A stretch of DNA of 13,407 nucleotides, taken from NCBI GenBank assembly GCA_016748015.1, contig JAAOMT010000017.1, positions 1 to 13,407 on the forward strand, read 5' to 3'. Shown here in pieces: positions 1 to 8,417 of this stretch. Positions within the stretch are counted from its first letter, which is position 1; every line of letters starts with the position of its first letter. This DNA comes from Geosiphon pyriformis uo1 (Eukaryota > Fungi > Glomeromycota). The position numbers and the translations under genes were made by a program. The notes below the pieces were generated by a model. That model was not told the DNA's origin. It made no database searches and saw only the letters and a list, made by a program, of their open reading frames with translations.

Positions 1-3000
1 TTTAACCATTTTTTTAACGTTATTAAAAAAAGTTTAAATTATAAAATTTATATTAATAAAGTTAGGATTAAAAATTAAAAATTATACAAGAATTATTAAA
101 ACAATTAGTTTAAAAAAGTCAAAATTATATTTAACTACAAAATTTGTAAGATAACTATATTATTTAAAAAAACAGTTTATAATAATTAAACAATTTTTTT
201 CGAAATTAACAAAAATAATCAACTAAAAAACGATCAAATAATACCAAAAAATGCCAAATTTTTATTTTTTTTTATTAGCAATTATTTACAATATAATATA
301 AATATTTTGCTGTCAATCTGAAAAATTTAAATAAAAAAATTAAAAACATAATATAATATTAAATGTTAATTTAATTGATTTCTTTAATAATAAAACAGAA
401 TTTTAACGAAAATAAATAAATTTTGAAATATGCCAAAAATGAAGTTTTATTACAAATTATTATTATTAAAGTAAAATTTTTAAAGTATTAAACTAATTTA
501 ATTTAAAAATTATTTATTTTGTATATTAATGTATTTAATTTCAAATTAAATGTTATATTAATAACAAAACCATATTATAGTTAATGGCTCTAACTAAAAT
601 TGAATTATAACTCTTAGTAAAAAATATTTTATCAAAAACGATTATTTATTACTTGACAAAAATATTTTAACTTACAAGTTATTAATATAAATATTTTTTG
701 GTATTGTAATTTTAAAATAAGCAAAATTTAAACATTAAAAATTTATTAAATAAAATATTAACATTTTCTTTAAATTAATTATTTAATAATAATATACTTA
801 GAAAAAAAACAATTTAATTCTTAATAAAATTTATCTAATATTAAATTTACATAATAGATAATATTTTATTATATAAAATATGTAATTTAAAAAAATAGCA
901 ACACATAAAAATAGATTTTTAATTAATTTATTTAAAATAAAAGCATTACCAAAAAACAGTTTTTTTAGTTTTAATTTCATAAAAAAGAAAAAAAAATGTA
1001 ATCTTTTTTATATCAATATGTTTAAATTAAAAAAATTGGTAAAAAATTAAATTAAATTAAATTACTTATATTTAAATAACCAAATATTTTTTGCACAATT
1101 CTGTATCTTTCTATCTATTAATATATATAAGAAATATATTTTGGTAGATGGTTTGGTTGTTTCAGACAATGTTTGGCATTTTGTCTGCAATATATATTAG
1201 ACAGTTAATTATGCTTAATAAGAAATAAGTCCAGGTATAGGAATTTTGTAAAACTCTTTTATCCAGACTATTAATTAGCACTGTATTGCTTCAGTATGGT
1301 ATCCTAATTTCTATATGTTTTTTGGTTATACTAACAGACTTTTAGCAATCTTTTACACATATTTGATAAAAATAGTTTATAGAAAATTACTAACTGTAAT
1401 CAGAAAGAAACTTTATAATAAAAATTATTCATGTATATTGTATCTGTTCTGTGGTAATGTCAAATTATTTGAAGAATATTTCAGTATACTCTGAAATTTT
1501 GTCAAGTTACTTAAAATTGTGAGTATTTTTGATGAAATCTTGTTTCTTATTAACTTCTTCAGTATTGTATGCTTTTTTGTTAAGAGTATTAAACGTTAGT
1601 TTTTATAAAATCTTGTGTAAAAAGTTTGTTTTTAAGGATTGAATAAGTAAAACAGTTTCAAGGTTTAAAAATAAAAAAAAAGCCATAGTAGTAGCAACTA
1701 ATTTTGTCCAATATTTGATTGATGTACATTGTAATAAATTGTGAAACTTTAAGTTAAAGTATTGGATTGATATAGAGAAAAGTAGTTTGGTAAAGAATAT
1801 AGAGATTGTGTCTAAGATATGTGGTGGTCTGTTAAGCTTTTTCTTAACTAGAATGATTTGTCTGCTTGGAATTATTAAATTATTTGCTATTAGGTTTAGA
1901 TTATATAAGACTTGTCTGTTTTTTTCAGATTTAAATAATGAGTTGGGAGTTATTGTAAGTATGCAGTATAATCTTAATTGGCTCAAGTGGCCAGTCACAT
2001 ATAATAAGCACATGAATCATGTTTTGTTTAATATACTTAGTTTGTTTTTGTATATTAGATAATAGTTGAGTTGCATTTATAAAATATTAATAAAAAAATA
2101 TATATATTTTTTATAACTTGGAAATTTTTTTTTTATATTTTTTAAAAAAAATAATTAAGTTAAACAAATCAAATCAATAGTTTAGTTAATAATTTGGTTA
2201 AAAATTGAATTAAAAAAATTAAGTATAAATATAAATATTTTTTATTATTTAGACTGTATAAAATAAATTAAACTTAAATTGTTTAAATTAAAAATATTTA
2301 ATTAATAAAATTTTATACTAAATTGTATTTTATATGAATATATTTTTGTTATTTAATAATTTGTTTTACATATTTTTAATTTTAAAAAATTAAATTATTT
2401 TACAACAACGTTATAGTTTGAAAATTTTTTATTTAAATTATTAATAAATATGTTAAGATTTTATAACTTTATATTAATTTTTAAAGTAAGTATTGTATTT
2501 GTATAATTCTTATTATTTCAATTTTATTAAAATATTTTTGATCTTATTATTAAAAATAATTTTTTAAATATTTAACTGTTCAAAATGTAAAAATAAAAAA
2601 TAGTTTAATAAAAAATATTTTGGAAATAGAAAAAAATTGGTTAAAAGTGTATTAAAAAAAGCTTATCAAAGCTTAAACAAAGCCAAATAAATATTAAACT
2701 ACTCAGTACTAATATACATACACAAAAGTTATTTAAAAGCAAAAAAAAAAATATATATAAATTAATTATAACATTGCAATTACATAAATTATATCTCTTA
2801 TCATTTAAAATAGATTAAAATAGATTCAGTCAGCTGTATTTTTTAAAAAATAGGTCTATTAAAAAAATCTAAAAACACATTAATAATAATAATATAATTA
2901 AAAACTAAGTTGGTGTGTTGCTCATTAGTAATAAATAGAATCCTCCAAAAAAATATTATAAAAATAGTTAGACAAAAAATTTTTGAAAACATATAAAAAT

Positions 3001-3060
3001 ATTAAAATGTGTTATAAAGTATATTTTTTTGCAAAATTTTCAAGTTTAATAAGATAAAAA
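1..3060. mobile_element. Hyper-AT, CpG-depleted block; putative heavily mutated repeat or mobile-element relic (family not identifiable)
   Basis: Only two CpG (1594, 2409) between about 641 and 3068. Contains the decayed ORF 1072..2076. Switches abruptly to CpG-containing DNA at about 3070. No TIR, LTR or transposase motif was recognised. Confidence 0.35.
1072..2076 (-). pseudogene. Decayed intronless ORF (about 334 codons, 11 internal stops, no apparent frameshift), product unknown; probably a mobile-element or viral relic
   Basis: A single minus-strand frame runs from ATG (2074-2076) to TAA (1072-1074) and coincides with a GC-richer island inside very AT-rich DNA. It includes the 1603..2013 ORF and has many C-ending codons (AAC, TAC, ATC, TTC, GAC). 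The + strand 1787..2062 ORF looks like its antisense shadow. Only one CpG (1594) in 1 kb. Confidence 0.6.
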
Positions 3061-3679
3061 AGCTTAGACCGTGAATATTACTTACTCGATGTGTTTTGTC
3101 ATTAGAATAGTTTCCGGATAATCTGATTGATGAAAATTTTCTCATCGTTTAAAAGTTTCAAATGGCAATCAGTATATAAATATATTCAATTCCTTCAAAA
3201 ATTTTGGTTTAAATAGTTTTTGGGTTAGCCAAATAAAAAAGGGTAACTTTTTCTGAAGGTCAAATTATCGTTCTTCATTTACAAATATGAGCCTTGATGA
3301 CTATAGGTAAGGAGAAGTGGATCGGAATATCATTTTTATTAACTCCCGAATTTGATCCCCAAATATTTAATGTTGTTTGATCCCCCAACTAAAAGAGTCA
3401 ATGAAAATAATGAAACGAAAAGTTGTGAATTTTATGGAATTAAAAGATTTCATGTTATTTCAACTCAAAATTCTTTTTTCAAGATTTTAAAAAAGGTCAT
3501 CAATTTCATTTAGTTATCGCATCGAAGGTTTTATAAAATTCGTATACCATATATTAATAATTTATATAAAAAAAAGTATTTGCAAACTAACTTATGCGTT
3601 GGGAATAATTGAAAAAATATTAGAAAAATGAAAATTGTTATAATTTCATACGAGTTTTTCAATTAAGATTTAAGTACGA

Positions 3680-4520
3680 ATAAATGTGTAAAAATCTTAT
3701 AAAAACATTTAAATAAAAATACTTTTGAATTTCAGTTTTTTTTTAATAAATATGCAATAAAAAATTTTTTTATATTTTTTTTAATTTATTTTAACAAAAA
3801 AAAGTTTAAAATATTGTCATAAAAGAATTTTATGAAAAAAAACTTGAACAAATTTTTTATTCAATTAAAGATGATTAATAATTCCATTATTTTTGACTAA
3901 TTTTTAATTATATATTTCTTTTTGTGTAATTTATTTTCATTTAGAAAAAAAAAACTGTGTGATTTTCAAATAAATAAGTTAAACTAAATACTTGAAATGT
4001 TATTGTATTTTTGGAAAAATTTACTTTAATTTAATTCAATTTTAAATATGATTTTAATTTTAATATTAATAAATCTGAAATTATTTTTAAAAGTAATCAA
4101 GTTATTTGCTTAATTTTTAAATTTCTATACTGATTTTAGTCTTTGATACTTATTATTTATATATATGAAAAAATTAATTTAGCTTTGAAATAATAATAAA
4201 AAGTATAGTATTAAACAATAATAATAGATTTTCTGAGAGCTTTTTTTGTATTTTAAATATTTGTTCAATTTTGGTCTTTGTTCTTTAATAATTTTTTTTT
4301 AATATTAATTACTTTGAAGAAAAAGTTAATGAAAAATAATTTTATCATTCATGAGTTTATCCACAATATTATTAAAAAAGCATTTATTAGTAAAATGGGT
4401 AAAATTTTCAAAATGAAGAAAGTATTTACTAGCAAGATGGGTAAAATTTTCAAAATGAAGAAAGTATATACTAGCAAGATGGGTAAAAATTACAAGTTTT
4501 TTCTTAATTAAGAGAATATC
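3680..4520. other. Hyper-AT, CpG-free block (putative mutated repeat relic)
   Basis: No CpG between 3679 and 4526, flanked on both sides by CpG-containing DNA. Confidence 0.45.
4374..4488. repeat. 42-bp tandem repeat, about 2.7 copies (unit AAGAAAGTATTTACTAGCAAGATGGGTAAAATTTTCAAAATG)
   Basis: ATGGGTAAAA recurs at 4395, 4437 and 4479 (period 42). This explains the 14-aa repeats in ORFs 4278..4511 and 4326..4538. Confidence 0.95.
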
Positions 4521-5370
4521 AATGTTCGAAGCCCCCATTTTCTATAGAATAAATCAATCTTAACTTAAGAAGGTAAAGGTATCAATGATTTTTTTTTTGA
4601 TTTTCGAGACAAGAAGAGATGAACATTGTGATTAACCCCGTTTGAAATATCATGTACCCCATCAAAATAAGATTTCAGAGAAAATTCTTATTAAGGAAAT
4701 GGCTGGTCACATTTAAACGATAAGGTTGATCATTGATTGATAGTCAAAAAGAGTGAACTCGTTTGATGTAAAAAATTCTTGAATTTTTTATTTTTCTTCG
4801 ATCACGACAAATTGAAAACTGGCTCGATAATAACAAAATGAAAATCCCTTTTTAATACTTACAAATTCTAAACTTTTGAGAGTATTTGATTGATTGATTT
4901 ATTGATTTATTAATTTAATTTCTAAATAGCTTTAACTTCAAAATCATCGAAAAACAATGATGTCAATAACTTTATTTTCATTTTATTCCTTTCGGTTAAA
5001 TATTAAAATAATTTTAGTCCGAATTTTTAATATTAAATTTAAAGTTTTTTTTCTTATAATTACTTTATATTATAAATTTATATCGATATTCGTAAAAATT
5101 GGTGTTTTAGATTTGAATTTTCTAAAAATCTTTTCTCATCAACTTTTAATAATATGTGAAAAAATATTTTAGGTTAGTTTTTTCTTTTAATTGTTCCTTT
5201 TTAGTTCTTTTATTATTAACTCATAAAAGAAATATAATGTTTATCATAGTAATTTAAGAAATAATTTTTTTTTTGAGTCCTGCATATTAAGTTGAGAATT
5301 TAGATTCATAGGATCATTCAAATTATTCAAAAAAACCAGGTGAGTTTTCATGGATTTTACCAATCTTTTT

Positions 5371-5373
<3 letters not shown>

Positions 5374-5436
<63 letters not shown>

Positions 5437-5514
5437 GATGTTGTTGTTTTTGTTGTTGTTGTTATTGTTGTTGTTACTGTTGTTGTTGTTGTTGTTGTCG
5501 TCGTCGTTGTCGTT
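5374..5514. repeat. Compound trinucleotide microsatellite: (ATT)20 followed by imperfect (GTT)n/(GTC)n
   Basis: Perfect ATT x20 at 5377-5436, then GTT/GTC triplets with in-register interruptions to 5514. Confidence 0.97.
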
Positions 5515-6033
5515 ATGGACATATTAACCTTGGAAAAGTTTAATTCAAGCGATGAAATTGGAAAACCTCAAAAAAGTTTTGATTCATAAACCTGTTTTTA
5601 TGTGTTAAAGACATAATATTGAATAAAATATTAACATTTAATTGCATTTCAATCGTGAAAATTTAAAGACTAACACTAAAAAAAATTGATCTATTCTTAA
5701 TTTATATTTTTTTTCTTTATTTTTCCAAAAAATTATCAACAAAATGGTTTGAGCATTCTTAACTAAAGGGTATCTGAGTTTACTCTGGTTATTCTATGAA
5801 TAATTTTCATAAGGATAATAAGAAAAACCAATATGACATAGTGGTTAAAATAAAGATCTCGATGTGTGTTATTCGAATTTTCCAGAAAACAAATAACATT
5901 AATTCGAAAATCTTTAATTAAAAAAATAAAAAATAAAAAATAAAAGATCAAATAGATATGATCTTTGATTTTGACTGTATTCAATGATCTTTTTTAACAT
6001 AATGACTTATCTCTATTTCTTAAATAGAAAAGT

Positions 6034-6630
6034 TTAAAGACGAGAGTGATATCTCGAATCAGTAAAATTAATACTTTCATACGATATATGGTGTCATTTA
6101 ATGTCATCTCTCTCATTCACAACTTTAAAAGCGCAGCTTTTTAAATTGAAAAAAAGAAGAAGCTATTTGATCATACTTCTAGTAAAATTTCCACCATACA
6201 TTTCCATAAATTCAATCTTGTTTCAAAATGATTTATTAATTACTGTCTCTCGCTCAGCTTGTCAAGTTTCTAACTCGATTTGGTACATTTCCTCGCCAAA
6301 AAGTTCTGTACAAAATTTTTTTAATGGTACGAATATGGCAACAAACATTCAACCATTTTCATACGCAAATAGAGCAACACCGAGAATTTGATTTGTTATG
6401 ATCATGAATCAAAAATAGTAATGATAATCTTTAAACTTGACTCTTTTAAGAAATTACATTATTGACGGTCTCCAATGAAAACTATCCTAACACAAAATAT
6501 TTGCATTCCAAAAATTACTTTGATCAAAATTTAGTATTGATTTTCAGGAGATTCTCGAAACATGTTGATAAATTGCATGAATTTTTTTTTTGTAGGGGTT
6601 TTTAATTTTTATGAAAAAACCTTCTGATCA

Positions 6631-6663
<33 letters not shown>

Positions 6664-6795
6664 AATCATCATCATCATCATCATCATAATTGAACGTCAC
6701 GATTCTCAGAAAATAGTTTGTTGAAAGGATAAGGGAAAAAAGTTTTTCATCAAATTCATATCTAGAGATATTAAAATGCTATAAATTATTATTAT
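6034..6795 (-). pseudogene. Probable decayed coding sequence; one frame with 9 TGA, 2 TAG and 1 TAA internal stops; product unknown
   Basis: Reads ...SEGFFIKIKNPYKKKIHAIYQHVSRIS*KSILNFDQSNFWNANILC*DSFHWRPSIM*FLKRVKFKDYHYYF*FMIITNQILGVALFAYENG*MFVAIFVPLKKFCTELFGEEMYQIELET*QAERETVINKSF*NKIEFMEMYGGNFTRSMIK*LLLFFNLKSCAFKVVNERDDIK*HHISYESINFTDSRYHSRL*. TAA is strongly depleted for such AT-rich DNA. The Ser/Phe-rich + ORF 6101..6391 is the typical shadow of a Glu/Asp/Lys-rich antisense gene. Confidence 0.45.
6631..6690. repeat. Imperfect (CAT/AAT)20 trinucleotide repeat; poly-Asp/Tyr if read as GAT/TAT on the minus strand
   Basis: 20 consecutive CAT or AAT triplets. Confidence 0.95.
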
Positions 6796-7210
6796 TTATA
6801 TCATATTAATTGAAAAATCAAAATCAAAATCAAAAAAGTAATGAAATTGATGTTTGTTTTCTGATGATAAAGAAAATGAATAGAAAGTGATTGAAAATTG
6901 GAAACTGATAACGTTAAACTTTTACGGGTACCTCGTCTTAATATTCTACGTAGAAATGTTTAGAAAATTGAATTTTTCTTTGCTTTCAAAACACAACATC
7001 TAAACGTTTTATATTTCAGCCCTCAAGTGCCCTTAAGTAATGCAATACAAGTTTTCGTGTAAACTCTGAAAATGTTCCAGGTTTGGATACAAAAATTTGA
7101 TTAAATTCAGATAAATAAACAAACAAATTAACTAATTATAACTAACCTGACACGCTTAGAAAATGCAGGATTTTTGCATTAGCAGCATTTGTTCAGCGTT
7201 ATTCTTTTCA

Positions 7211-7227
7211 CCCCCCCCCCCCCCCCC
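7211..7227. repeat. C17 homopolymer (G17 on the minus strand)
   Basis: 17 consecutive C in otherwise AT-rich intergenic DNA. Confidence 0.95.
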
Positions 7228-7859
7228 GAACACAATACCGATTTTGAAATTTTCAAGGTTCAGCCGATCATTTTACAAATTTTTCATCAGTTTTGGTAAT
7301 TCAAATTTTCTTACATCAAGAAAAAGAGGTTAAAATTTAAAACTAACTTTTGAAAGAAATTGAGAAATTATAAACTTTACCAGTTTTTTTCCATTACCAA
7401 TTAGCCAAAATAAGACTCCCAGATAACAATTTCCACAAGGGATTTCATACGAATTCTTATTTAGTCAGCATCCTAAATTATGATTGGATATAATTTCGGT
7501 CTCTTCAGTTGTTAAAATTATTCTTCTATAAAGAAAAATGATGCTCAAATAATTTAAACTCTGCAGCTTTATTACCGTATTTGGCTATGACATGTAACTC
7601 CTCCTGTAAATTAAGATTCTATATTAAGAAGCAATTAGGTCACTAAAATTATATTCAGAGAGATTGAATTAATGAATTAATGAATACTTATTCTTAACTC
7701 AAAAATTCGTTCAATTGTAAAATACCAGCATATATGACAATTAAGTGACCGACATCAAGCGGTCAATCCCCTTTGCATTGGGTGTACGACTTATTACTGA
7801 TTGAACACAATGTTGAAATCAAAATTATAAAAAAAAGGTACCCAATCGATTTTTATATT

Positions 7860-8070
7860 ATTTTCACGTCATAAGGATTTGATTTTGATTTTTAATTTTA
7901 ATTTTTAATTTTCTTCTTCCCTCTTTCCCTTTCTTGTTACTCTTTTGATTTTGATTTTTTCCTTTCTCCTATTACCCTTTTTTATTTTCTAGTGCATATG
8001 TCATCTTGCTTGTAGGTTTGCCTAGTCTTTAGTTCGTTTTAACTAACTCCCTTTCTCTTTGGTCTTTTTC
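7860..8070 (+). promoter_or_regulatory. Pyrimidine (T/CT)-rich tract upstream of the 8418 gene; candidate core promoter or 5'UTR intron region
   Basis: Long T/C-rich stretch (TTCTTCTTCCCTCTTTCCCTTTCTTG...CCTTTCTCCT...TTTTCTAG) 350-550 nt upstream of the ATG. Such tracts are typical of fungal TSS regions, but it could equally be a UTR-intron acceptor. Confidence 0.25.
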
Positions 8071-8417
8071 CGATCGACACATTGCCCAGGTGGTCGCGTG
8101 TTGTCAAGATAACTTTTTTCAGAAACTTTCTATTGCTTGTGTGTTTATGAAGCTGTACAATATATCATAGAATTTCCATTTGTCGGTCTCAACACACTTT
8201 CAGTTGATTGTCATTCATCTTCTAAAAAAAGTTTGATCGTCATTTATCTCTAGATAATTCTTCGTTCGTCTTTTGGTTTAAAACCAACGGCTTTGCCATT
8301 TTTTTGTCTCTTGCGGCAAATAATTTTACATACCACGTTTTTTTTGTCCCGCTTGAATCATTATTCTAAGAACCACTTACACTATAACCCATACAACATA
8401 CATTAAAAAAATTAAGT

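Noticed and set aside
1787-2062. + strand 91-aa ORF
   Set aside because: Most simply the antisense shadow of the decayed minus-strand frame 1072..2076.
893-2925. Possible inverted termini (GCAACACA at about 898 versus TGTGTTGC at about 2914) flanking the fossil ORF
   Set aside because: Only an 8-9 bp core matches, and the extension is low-complexity and needs large gaps.
4278-4538. ORFs 4278..4511(+) and 4326..4538(-) with 14-aa repeats; also considered as a CRISPR-like array
   Set aside because: Both are explained by a head-to-tail 42-bp tandem repeat. There are no unique spacers and no cas genes, and the context is eukaryotic.
3678-4554. GAATAAAT direct repeat (3678 and 4547) as an 8-bp hAT-type target-site duplication
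   Set aside because: There are no terminal inverted repeats inside it, and an AT-rich 8-mer match is expected by chance.
4957-5172. 71-aa Ile/Phe/Lys-rich ORF (likewise 5763..5984, 9630..9824, 9931..10113, 10087..10275 and 10336..10572)
   Set aside because: These are short, their composition is dictated by AT-richness or by overlap with decayed frames and repeats, and they have no motifs or independent gene signals.
5244-5589. Poly-Thr/Ile and poly-Ile/Val ORFs in the track
   Set aside because: They are open only because of the trinucleotide microsatellite, and the compositions are implausible as proteins.
6101-6391. + strand 96-aa Ser-rich ORF
   Set aside because: The TCN/TTN-rich pattern is typical of the antisense of a Glu/Asp/Lys-rich minus-strand frame.
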